DNA of 64,000 bases. Origin: Balanoglossus misakiensis. Lineage: Eukaryota; Animalia; Hemichordata. The translations under genes were made by a program, and so were the position numbers. Position 1 is the first letter of the stretch. Each line of letters begins with the position of its first letter. Positions 44,101 to 51,830 of the stretch are shown here, in pieces. The DNA lies in the NCBI GenBank assembly GCA_040954595.2, contig CM082589.2, positions 8,502,232 to 8,566,231 of the forward strand, read 5' to 3'. The notes below the pieces were generated by a model. It saw nothing but the letters and a program-made list of their open reading frames with translations, was not told the DNA's origin and did not search any database.

Positions 44101-47100
44101 TTCAGGGAAATATGACTGGCAAGATACAGAACACAGGTAGGCTTGTACAGAATTCAACTGGGTAGTATTATTTGATACTCCCCAAAGTTCGTATGCCTCT
44201 TGAAAGTCATGGGTTTTTAAAAATTACTGTATGAATATCTGAGAAATGTTTAAAGGGACATCTGGTAAATATGTATTGTGTATGTTACTTTTTATGTAAA
44301 ATTAACGATCAAGGGGGGGGGAGCACAGTATCTTTGACGCTATAATCATATTCTGTCTATGGAAATTCTCTGTCTGTTGCATAAACAACTGTACCTTAAA
44401 GGCAATAGATCGTCTCATGCGCATGTGTATAACCAGCAAATGTTCAGCAAATTTTCCGTACGATGCATTCAAATAGTGGACTAACTTCACTTCCTTCCAT
44501 ATTTCATGCGCACCGTATAAGTAGAATCTGGTTTTGTCCCTCCTTTTCACCCAAGCTTGTGTCTTTTCCCGATCTCCGACACAGATTATGGTTGCTGCCA
44601 TCATATCTGTTGTTCTGACATAGCACTGCCTTATTGGATTGACTGTTCACTAAACGTCTGTAACCAGCGGCTACAGCTGGAACATGCGTATGAGACGAGC
44701 TACGCGCCTTTTAAGGATGTACGTTCAGTAAAATTGAAAGTATTGTCATCTCTTTTAATTGTTGATTTTTGGATTCTCCTGTTTATCTATAATGAAAATC
44801 CGTGATAAAATATAAGGGTTACCGTGCTTGTTTTTGAAATACAGAGCCATGAATTTAGTCAATAGTAGAAAAAAACTGCTGACTCAGCATTTTTCACCAA
44901 TGGTTTTTTTTGTGGGCAAAATTTTGAACGCAATTTATCTCAAAATAGAGTGCGGTGACCCCTATTTTGTATTTGACCAATGAATTTATATTTACTGGAC
45001 TGATCTATGTGTAAAATTTCATGAAAATGACAATAGTAGAAGTTTGTTTTCTAGCGATTATCAATGTAATCCTATGGGAAAAAGACGGGTGCGCGCAGTT
45101 TTCCGGTTGATGTTCTATGCGTACATCCTTCACTGGGCTTTTGTATAAAGATACCCAGTATAGCATGACTGCAATTGTTACTCTTTACAATTGAAAATTA
45201 AGATGGGTCCCTAGGATCTTTTTGCTCGTTGCTATGGGCCTTTATAGGACACTACACTCAATTTTGATCGAAACCGTTATGAACGTCCGACAAGGGGCTT
45301 GTAACTAGTTAAAAATACACACGATTGTGTGCACACCCCCTGTCGGAGTATGTTTACGGCAGCTACCGCCCGGCCATAGGCCGCCACGCTAATACGGCAA
45401 AGCAGCGGTCAGCGATAGCATGCGCGTCCAGTAACCACAGTAACTGGATCGAACGCTAAAAATCCAATGTTTTGTACACAGAGATTTTGTACCGTTCACG
45501 AAAATCCCTAAGGCTTTTTTCACAGGCGACGTAGGCCAGCCAAATTTGACCTGCTTGTTGAGAACGCACTTCCGCATAGTGTGACGGATCGTTTTTTCGG
45601 TTTTCGTCGTGCTAAGAAGCGATACCAGTGGAAGAGTGCGTCCAAAAACACCCAAAATCGATGACTTTTTCAGGTGTGGTACGGGTATGCTGAAATCGTA
45701 GGATACAACGATAATATTCGAAAACAAAATCCGTCACGATCTTCCCTGGTTCAAGCAACTAATGAATACGTATCAAGTTCGTTTTTGAGGTCACGGAATA
45801 AAAAGCCTTAGGCTTTTGAAATTTGACCTAACTAATTTGCATATCAATGGCGTCAGGGGGCGCGCGCTCACAATCGTGCGTATTTTTAACTAGTTACCAG
45901 CCCTTTGTTAGACTCTGAAAACGGCTTAGTCCAAATCGGGGTGTAATGTCCTATAAAGGCCCATAGCAACGGGCAAAAAGATCCTAGGGACCCATCTTAA
46001 ATGGCTTGAGATGGTAAATGTAGTCAGCATGAATGACAATTGACAACTCACAAGATATGACCTGTGTTGATGAACTACATACATTCATGTCATTTTAACC
46101 AAAATGGAGTAGATTTAAAATTGCTGATGTACAGATGTGTTTGGGCTCTAACAGAGCTTCTGAATAGGGTGCACTGTACGTGGTACTCAAATTTGGAATT
46201 CAAGTCGCTACATAATGTAATCTTCTCAATCAATGCATGACCAGCATTAAAGGGACAAAGTCTCTCTCTCGCTGCCCTTTTCCCATTAATTAAGTTTGAT
46301 ACAAGACACCGTTTATGTTAGTCTACATTTAGATATATAGTGAATCAACATTCGACCACAAACAACTTCCATCCCGTTTGTAGGATATGAGAGTAAAAAT
46401 CTCGCAAAAATGAATAAATGGTAAACACTGATTATTCCTTTTGGTAATTTTTTCACACTCTTGTCTACAAGTGGGATGGAAAGAGTGTGTGGTTGAACGT
46501 TGATTCACTATATATCCACATAACATAAACAGTGTCTTCTATCAAAAGGGCAGCGAGAGAGATACTTTGTCCCTTTAAGAATGGCCAGGTTTCTCTCCTC
46601 ACTAACATTATTCTTCATTCTTTCCTCCTCTCTTTATTCCTGCCTGCATGGAATTGTTCCATCTGCATAACATTTCATATCTTCATGACAACTGATCTAA
46701 CACTTAGAATGCGAGTGAGAGCACTGTGCATGACAGCATGTGATCTGTCAGCTGTCATGAAACCATGGGATGTCCAACAACAAACTGTCAAAGTAATATT
46801 TGATGAATTCTATGCACAGGTAGAGAAAAATTACATTTCTAAATTGTCTTCTGTCACCTGCATGCATATGTGTTGCTAGATAGAGTCAATTAGTCACACT
46901 GTGAATGGTTTATTGGAGTCAAATCACTGCACAAAATTAACTGCTAACCAGAGAAATCATGAACTCTATAGTATTATTAAAGGGACAAAGTCTCTCTCTC
47001 TCTCTGCCCTTTTCCCATTAATTAAGTTTCATACAAGACACCATTTATGTTAATTTACATGTGGATATATAGTGACCGAATGTTAAACCACACACACGTT

Positions 47101-48825
47101 CCATCCTGCTTGTAGACATGAGCGTGAATAAACTAACCAAAATGAATAATTGGTCTCTACTAGTTACTCGTTTTGGGCGAGTTTTTTCTCTCATATCCTA
47201 CAAACGGGATAGAAGGTGTTTGTGGTTGAACGTTCATTCACTATATATCCACATGTAGAATAACACAAAGGGTGTCTTGTATCAAACATAATTAATGGAA
47301 AAAGGGCAGCGAGAGAGACAGACTTTGTCCCTTTAATAGTTTGTTCCTTACTTTCATGAAAAAAGTCTGTTCAGATATTTTTGTACGTATTTTTTTATTC
47401 TATAGTAAGCCTTTACAACCTGGCTATTTGACTCTATGATATATTTGTGTACACCCCTATGAAGTGACCATCTAGTGTAATGCATGCTCGTGTGTTTGTA
47501 TTTTGTGATCCCTTTGTATCTGTAGGTATCTCAGCAAGGCAATATCTATGACTGCAGCAGATCTGTGTGCTACATCAAAACCATTTGATATTTCCCAGCA
47601 TGTGGTCAATCACATTTTTGAAGAATTCTGGCAACAGGTGAAGTATTACTGACTACCATACAAATTTTCTCTGTCAGTAATTTGTGTGAATTTGATATGG
47701 ATATGGAATGATATCTAGATATATGTAATATTTGTTCCCAAAAAATCATGCAGCAAAAACATTTGATGCATTGTCCTGTAAAACTAAGTGAGAGCTACAA
47801 ACATTGCTATCAAATAAGTCCTCATATAAAAGAAAGTAATTTGAAGTTTATGATTTTAACCTTGGGAGGGGCAATTGGTCATGACATCATCATGTAAGAT
47901 ATTAAGAAACTTCCATGTTTTGGAGAGTTTGGGGAGGGTCATTGTATTTTTCCATCCATTTTTCCTTCAGGCAATTTTATTGAATTCCAAGAACACTATA
48001 GTTCTAGTAGCACTCACATCATTGTAATTAGTACCCCAGTCATATAGCAGTTCTGCCAAACAATATCAATACATGTACATCAATATGTCAAACATCTCTC
48101 ATCACAGTTATATACAGAACACAATGAGAAATCAGTAGTGAGATTTGTGACTGATAACTTTCAAGGCTGGTTCTCTTTATTCTGCCTTCTCAGAAACAGA
48201 AACCTGCTGATGTTTGATGACTAAATTTTTAATGATTCAGAGATTCTTTGGAATTGGAACATTGAGATGTGTGTACATGTGTATGTGTACATCTACGACA
48301 ATAAACACTCCATGGTGATATATAAACATGGTTACAGATAGGCAGCCTCTTAAAGCCCCTATAGCTGCCAAATTTCAGTCACATAATTATATTTTTCCAC
48401 AATAAAATACTTCAAATATATTCCCTATCCTCTAAATTCCTCACCATTAAGCCATATTACTTGCATAGAATGTTTCTCGGTACTATTTTAGTCTCTTCAT
48501 AAGACATGAACAGCTGAGTGTAAAAATCGATAATACGAAAGTATGGATTTTGCAATATTAGCAGAAAATGAAACGCATGCATGCATGAGTGTCCACTGCA
48601 TGTTGGTATTTAGTGTGTAGATGCATGCTGGTCTAAATTCCATCTACAAGTTACTGTAAACCAGGATCTTTTAGCATGCCAGATATTTTTGCGACTTTCA
48701 CGATCACAAACAGAACAAGAACATTTTCCACACGCAAAGTTTTCATTAAAATTCATGATCTTGTCATGCAAGATGAACGCTGTTATAATTTTGTATGTAT
48801 GTATGTATGTATGTATGTATGTGTG

Positions 48826-48885
<60 letters not shown>

Positions 48886-50495
48886 TACGTATGCTCGATA
48901 CTAAAGTAGAGTGGAACATTAAGTAAGGGTTTGGAGAAACGGTAGGCACTATAATCTCTACAACGTTGATTCGTGGGTCACGTAGGACTCAGTTATTAGA
49001 GAGACTCAACTGGCGAAAATACAGGGGAGGAGACATGGTTATACACATGTGGTGGAATGTTGTTTGGGTGACTGGGCAGTTTTGCCTAGTAACAATGTGT
49101 AGCTGCTATTTTTGTCAAATACATCTTATGACACATAATTTCCAATGTATTTGCAGGGTGATGAAGAAAAGGCACAAGGTCGGCAACCAATCCCAATGAT
49201 GGATAGAAATAGAGCACATGAACTACCAGCCAATCAGGTACTTCCTTTCATTTCATCGTCGACAACGAAAAGAAATTGCATTTAATTGTTCACCAGTTAG
49301 TATTCTTTACTATCAATCACGTGATCTGGACATGTGACCCATGGCGTTGTCATTTCCAGGTGACGGGCAAGCAATATTTCGGCATCCAGTAAAAGTTTTT
49401 CCGAGTATGTTTTTACTTTAAAACCGCCAGACACGTAACATGTATCAGGTATAATGCCTTATAAGCCTCATGGCGTTTCGTCATACTTTCTCAATAGGTG
49501 GGTTTTATCGTTGGCATCTGTATGCCATGTTATGAACTGCTCTACAGGATTCTCCCAGGATCCAAACCAATGATGGATGGCACAGCGTAAGTCAACATTT
49601 ATGTGAGCTAGAACATGCCTTAGGGTCTGACGGTTAAAAAAATGATAGCCCTCCAAACATAGAAAAATAAAACAAGTACAGAAATTTTTCAGCAAGTAAT
49701 GATTACTGTAAAACGGGACAGGAAATTTTCGCAAAATTAAAAGAGGCAACTGTTATGCGATGATTAATTTTTGCATTCTCTTATTTCATTTACTGCATCG
49801 TTATCTCAAAAAAACATTTTACGCGACTTTTTATTTTTACGCTTTTTTGCTCTCGCGTATTTTGCAAAAAAGTTATTGCCGGTGAAAATAACCCGTTTTA
49901 CAGTATTTAGAAATAAACTGAAGATCGAATCAGTCATTTATACTGTTTTCAACATAAGTGCAAACATGAGTGTCTCCTTTAAAGGGACAAAGTCTCTCTC
50001 TCGCAGGCCTTTTCCATTAATTATGTTTGATACAAGACACCATTTATGTTATTCTACATGTGGATATAAAGTGAATTAACGTTTGACCACACATAACTTC
50101 CTTCCCAATTGTAGACACAAGAGTGAAGAACTCTCCAAAATGAGTAATTGGTCTTTACCATTTATGCATTTTGGCGGGATTTTTACTTTCATATCCTACA
50201 AACGGGATGGAAGTTGAGTGGAGTCAAACGTTGATTCACTATATCCACATGTAGAATAACATAAACTTTGTCTTGTGTCAAACATACTGAATAGAAAAAG
50301 GGCAGCGAGAGAGAGACTTTGTCCCTTTAAATGTAGTAATTTTGATACAAATGTAGCACAGGGTCCTTAACACATTTTTTGTTTACTTTCACCAGGAAAA
50401 ATTTGCAAAATTGGTCTGCTCTGGTTGCTAAGCAGAAAGCTGAGGAGGAGGAAAGAAAGAAAATCGAAGATAACAAATCAGCCGAGGAACAGTAA
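8071..50495 (+). CDS. PDE10A: PDE10A-like GAF-A/GAF-B 3',5'-cyclic-nucleotide phosphodiesterase (multi-exon gene span; 5' end not resolved)
   Basis: Hand-spliced exons join in frame from 10056 to TAA at 50493-50495 (2327 nt, about 775 aa). Motifs: [17 protein letters not shown] (NKFDE), catalytic [26 protein letters not shown](C/A)DL, invariant Gln in PANQVGF. Degenerate GAF-A and overall layout resemble vertebrate PDE10A as recalled. Confidence 0.92.
8207..8507. mobile_element. piggyBac-like MITE (…GCATTAGGG|TTAA end); right end also present at 1-96
   Basis: 8412-8505 nearly identical to 1-94; imperfect TIR taaccttaatgc/gcattagggttaa. Confidence 0.6.
10056..10217 (+). CDS. PDE10A: PDE10A-like exon ([23 protein letters not shown]...)
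   Basis: tttttag acceptor, A|gtaagt donor; resembles the PDE10 N-terminal EKVKAYLSLHPQVLDEFV segment. Confidence 0.88.
10250..10549. mobile_element. MITE family K3 (about 300 bp, TTAA-flanked); other copies 31088-31388, 44400-44710, partial about 26730-26850
   Basis: shared core aacaacagacaagatggc...gatcgggaaaa...; source of the recurring VKRRDK pseudo-ORFs. Confidence 0.75.
10881..10918 (+). CDS. PDE10A: PDE10A-like exon ([13 protein letters not shown])
   Basis: actag acceptor, AAG|gtaggt donor; phase 1-0 bridges its neighbours. Confidence 0.8.
11194..11542. mobile_element. MITE family K2 copy
   Basis: TTAA|AGCCCCTATAGCTGCC ... GGCAGCTCTAGAGGCT|TTAA. Confidence 0.85.
12005..12166 (+). CDS. 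PDE10A: PDE10A-like exon, start of GAF-A ([14 protein letters not shown]...[14 protein letters not shown])
   Basis: ttttcag and gtaagt sites, 162 nt, phase 0-0. Confidence 0.88.
12472..12721. mobile_element. MITE family K1 copy (AGGGACAAAGTC TIR), shortened
   Basis: AGGGACAAAGTC...GACTTTGTCCCT|TTAA. Confidence 0.85.
12903..12934 (+). CDS. PDE10A: PDE10A-like 32-nt exon ([10 protein letters not shown])
   Basis: long pyrimidine tract with ccag acceptor, gtaagt donor, phase 0-2. Confidence 0.82.
13080..13188 (+). CDS. PDE10A: PDE10A-like GAF-A exon ([21 protein letters not shown]...)
   Basis: ttccag and gtgaga sites, phase 2-0; GAF GxTIAxxVA motif. Confidence 0.88.
13620..13713 (+). CDS. PDE10A: PDE10A-like GAF-A exon (DMRYSEGL...[17 protein letters not shown])
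   Basis: ttttcag and gtgagt sites, phase 0-1; matches PDE10 QSVLCLPI. Confidence 0.9.
13833..14123. mobile_element. GGCC-ended MITE (Harbinger-like); partial copy about 15161-15370
   Basis: taggccaaataaaatatgtggtgttccgattacc ... ggtaatcggaacagcacatatt...ggcctta inverted ends. Confidence 0.6.
15813..15871 (+). CDS. PDE10A: PDE10A-like GAF-A exon ([20 protein letters not shown]) with GC donor
   Basis: gacag acceptor in phase 1; only GAG|gcaagt gives the phase 0 needed by the next exon. Confidence 0.82.
15945..16284. mobile_element. MITE family K1 copy (about 340-bp palindromic element, TTAA TSD)
   Basis: TTAA at 15941 and 16285; long inverted arms. Confidence 0.88.
17100..17150 (+). CDS. PDE10A: PDE10A-like exon ([17 protein letters not shown])
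   Basis: caacag and gtaatt sites, 51 nt; aligns to PDE10 VATANLAWASVAI. Confidence 0.88.
17474..19425 (-). mobile_element. About 1.95-kb Kolobok-like element nested in a K2 MITE, with a degenerate THAP-like start
   Basis: TTAA at 17470-17473 and 19426-19429; imperfect TIR AGAGCCTATCTTACC/GGCAAGATATGCTCT; subterminal inverted GTGACGTCACAAGAGGAACC; host MITE resumes after the element. Confidence 0.8.
20270..20630. mobile_element. MITE with (c)cttaaataggtttt TIR; inverted copy about 39836-40125
   Basis: ctccctaccttaaataggtttt ... aaaacctatttaaggcagccag; reverse-complement copy at 39.8-40.1 kb. Confidence 0.7.
21069..21417. mobile_element. MITE family K2 copy
   Basis: TTAA|AGCCTCTAGAGCTGCC ... 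GGCAGCTCTAGAGGCT|TTAT. Confidence 0.85.
24042..24423. mobile_element. TTAA MITE with GGATGTACG TIR; related copy 44715-45128
   Basis: TTAA|GGATGTACG ... CGTACATCC|TTAA. Confidence 0.78.
25342..25871. repeat. Long foldback palindrome (about 530 bp), probably a non-autonomous transposon
   Basis: cacaggtcgcac...gagagcgcttagagt arm is mirrored by actctaagcgctctc...gtgcgacctgtg; inner arms accacggccatcttg/caagatggccgtggt. Confidence 0.7.
26445..26503 (+). CDS. PDE10A: PDE10A-like exon ([20 protein letters not shown])
   Basis: pyrimidine tract with atag acceptor, gtgagc donor, phase 0-2; PDE10 ELNDFLLDVSK-like. Confidence 0.9.
26995..27046 (+). CDS. PDE10A: PDE10A-like exon ([17 protein letters not shown])
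   Basis: ttgtag and gtaagt sites, phase 2-0. Confidence 0.9.
29004..29146 (+). CDS. PDE10A: PDE10A-like GAF-B exon ([18 protein letters not shown]...KEIR)
   Basis: ttttag and gtaatt sites, phase 0-2. Confidence 0.92.
29901..29993 (+). CDS. PDE10A: PDE10A-like GAF-B exon ([31 protein letters not shown])
   Basis: cctcag and gtaagt sites; classic GAF GIAGxV...NIPDAY..RFN. Confidence 0.94.
30205..30273 (+). CDS. PDE10A: PDE10A-like GAF-B exon ([22 protein letters not shown])
   Basis: tttcag and gtgagt sites, phase 2-2. Confidence 0.93.
30930..31044 (+). CDS. PDE10A: PDE10A-like GAF-B exon ([38 protein letters not shown])
   Basis: gaacag and gtatgt sites; NKFDE motif intact. Confidence 0.94.
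31088..31388. mobile_element. MITE family K3 copy
   Basis: TTAA flanks at 31084 and 31389; imperfect TIRs; inverted relative to 44400-44710. Confidence 0.8.
34264..38729 (-). mobile_element. Three stacked about 1.42-kb Helentron-like (HINE-type) non-autonomous elements
   Basis: bodies start at about 34264, 35681 and 37114, each with a gctgc(a/g)agcagc hairpin and gggcccaagc subterminal repeat; three gggcccaagcgc...gcgcttgggccc end hairpins at 38546-38729; (AAAG)n tracts. Confidence 0.75.
40858..40997 (+). CDS. PDE10A: PDE10A-like exon ([25 protein letters not shown]...)
   Basis: cttccag and gtaatt sites, phase 0-2. Confidence 0.93.
41491..41577 (+). CDS. PDE10A: PDE10A-like exon ([29 protein letters not shown])
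   Basis: ctccag and gtaagt sites, phase 2-2. Confidence 0.88.
41646..41853. mobile_element. TA-flanked about 200-bp MITE (TACTGTAAAACGGG...CCCGTTTTACAGTA); copies about 6665-6877, 43410-43597, 49704-49904, 58363-58580
   Basis: short TIR and shared core aaagaggcaactgttacc...ttaattttcgc. Confidence 0.72.
42079..42229 (+). CDS. PDE10A: PDE10A-like catalytic exon ([33 protein letters not shown]...)
   Basis: taacag and gtatgt sites; YHNxxH motif. Confidence 0.96.
42633..42788 (+). CDS. PDE10A: PDE10A-like catalytic exon ([20 protein letters not shown]...[14 protein letters not shown])
   Basis: ttgcag and gtaggt sites; HDLDHRG class I PDE signature. Confidence 0.96.
43964..44136 (+). CDS. PDE10A: PDE10A-like catalytic exon (NEGHNIL...[14 protein letters not shown]...EHR)
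   Basis: ccacag and gtaggc sites, phase 0-2. Confidence 0.95.
44400..44710. mobile_element. MITE family K3 copy
   Basis: reverse-complement similarity to 31088-31388; TTAA at both ends. Confidence 0.8.
45202..45996. mobile_element. About 795-bp TTAA-flanked element with long TIRs (Kolobok-like, non-autonomous)
   Basis: TTAA|GATGGGTCCCTAGGATCTTTTTGC ... GCAAAAAGATCCTAGGGACCCATC|TTAA; TIR similarity extends about 130 bp; GC-richer than flanks. Confidence 0.88.
46251..46574. mobile_element. MITE family K1 copy upstream of exon A
   Basis: TTAA|AGGGACAAAGTC ... ACTTTGTCCCT|TTAA. Confidence 0.88.
46598..46650 (+). promoter_or_regulatory. Candidate distant branch point and polypyrimidine tract for exon A
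   Basis: CTCACTAAC (branch A at 46605), then a long C/T tract; no AG from 46589 to 46705. Confidence 0.6.
46708..46819 (+). CDS. PDE10A: PDE10A-like mutually exclusive exon A ([37 protein letters not shown])
   Basis: cttag and gtagag sites, 112 nt, phase 2-0; MTACDL metal-binding Asp motif. Confidence 0.9.
46981..47332. mobile_element. MITE family K1 copy between exons A and B
   Basis: TTAA|AGGGACAAAGTC ... GACTTTGTCCCT|TTAA. Confidence 0.88.
47526..47637 (+). CDS. PDE10A: PDE10A-like mutually exclusive exon B ([37 protein letters not shown])
   Basis: ctgtag and gtgaag sites, 112 nt, phase 2-0, open frame, paralogous to exon A; missed by the ORF track. Confidence 0.88.
48793..48890. repeat. 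Compound microsatellite (GTAT)n(GT)n(GTGC)n
   Basis: directly visible. Confidence 0.95.
49157..49237 (+). CDS. PDE10A: PDE10A-like catalytic exon ([27 protein letters not shown])
   Basis: ttgcag and gtactt sites, phase 0-0; PIPMMDR motif and invariant Gln. Confidence 0.95.
49498..49586 (+). CDS. PDE10A: PDE10A-like catalytic exon ([29 protein letters not shown])
   Basis: caatag and gtaagt sites, phase 0-2. Confidence 0.94.
49983..50326. mobile_element. MITE family K1 copy in the last PDE intron
   Basis: TTAA-flanked, same TIR. Confidence 0.88.
50396..50495 (+). CDS. PDE10A: PDE10A-like last coding exon ([32 protein letters not shown])
   Basis: caccag acceptor in phase 2; NxxxW motif; TAA at 50493-50495. 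Confidence 0.9.
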
Positions 50496-51429
50496 AGGAA
50501 CTATGATGAAGTGCAGAAAACAAAAAATGACAAAACAAACCAAGAAAAATGACCAAAGAAATATGAACAAAGTGGGAAGGCTGAATCAAAAGAAATAGTC
50601 AGTACTGTCATCAGACATTTGAGATAGTGAAGTTCAAATGAGGAACTTCTTCAGGAATCTAAAATGTATGAAACAAAACAGAATACAATGAGCCAAGATA
50701 ACCAGTCCTTTTCAATACACATGTCAGTTGGGTACAAGAGTGTTCAGGTTTTTTATGGGATTTGCAAAAACTTTCAAATAAGTTACCATCAGAAAACAAT
50801 TAAAACCTGATTCTTTGACAAAATGGACAATCTCATACCTAAAGGCTTGAATAACTTGGACTGCTCACACTTTATAAGTGCTGCTGTCAGCAACGTGTAT
50901 CTTATCAGATACGGTGATTGTTAGTCGTTGCCCAGCATCTGTCAACTCTTGTCTTCTTCTCTCAAACCCTGGTCTGATTACTTTGAAATGTGGTTTGCAG
51001 GTTGCTTGGGATGTCCTAACGAAAGTTTGTTCACACTGTGGTGAAATTAGCATATTTGTATTGTGGGGGGTTGATGTGCAGGTTCCTAGGGGTGATTAAA
51101 TAAAATTTTGTATAAATTATGGCGAAATTTGTATTTTGGGGGCATTTTTTGCCATTTTTTGGGGAAAAAATGTTTTTCATTTAAACTGGTTGTGCAAATT
51201 TGGTATGCGGGTTCCTAGTTTTGGGACAATTTTTGCCATTTTGGTAAAAGAAATCTGCTCTGAGAGATCTTGTCCGATTGCCTTGACATTGATACGCACG
51301 TCCACAGGGGTGATCTAAAATTTTTGTTGATATCATGACAGAATCTGTTTTATTGTATTTTTTACGACAATCATTGGTTAAAAAGTCTTCCAGAGTCATC
51401 ATGCATGTGTTAGGTCCCTGGAGTAATTG

Positions 51430-51830
51430 AAGTCTAATTTTGCATTACTGTATTTTTACAGCGTCGCAAGTTTGATTTTTGGCTCTCAAGTTTATCTTGT
51501 TTATAATGCAAAGTGTCATAGCAGGCCGGTGTTGGGCAGCCATCTTTTATGTAAATTTTGACTCCCAGATAGAGGCTTTCTCCCCCATAATTTATTACTT
51601 TCGATCCAACCACCTGAACAACAAGTGCTCTGAACATTCTCTCTGTAAATGAATTATTCTTTGCCAACTCCTTTTTTGGAAGTTTTATTTTATCGCAATA
51701 GTTCTTATTCTTGGCTCCAATGTTGATTCAAACATTTCCTTTTTTGATTGACATCAACTGTGTTGTATTTCTTTTGACAAATTTTTAATTAGGGTTTAGC
51801 GTCCATTTTAATTTGCCCCAAGAACCACAT
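51430..51830 (-). mobile_element. Possible highly decayed RTE-type LINE fragment
   Basis: minus-strand RMFRA...VINYGGESLYL...KDGC resembles the RTE post-RT motif RLFRAxVESVLLYGxESWTL...LDGC (from memory, weak). Confidence 0.3.

Noticed and set aside
47526-47637. Exon B as a dead pseudoexon or part of a second PDE gene
   Set aside because: Length, phase, splice sites and catalytic residues are intact despite heavy divergence, and I found no other duplicated PDE exon.
48676-48949. ORFs with CVRA and THAR repeats
   Set aside because: Translations of a microsatellite.
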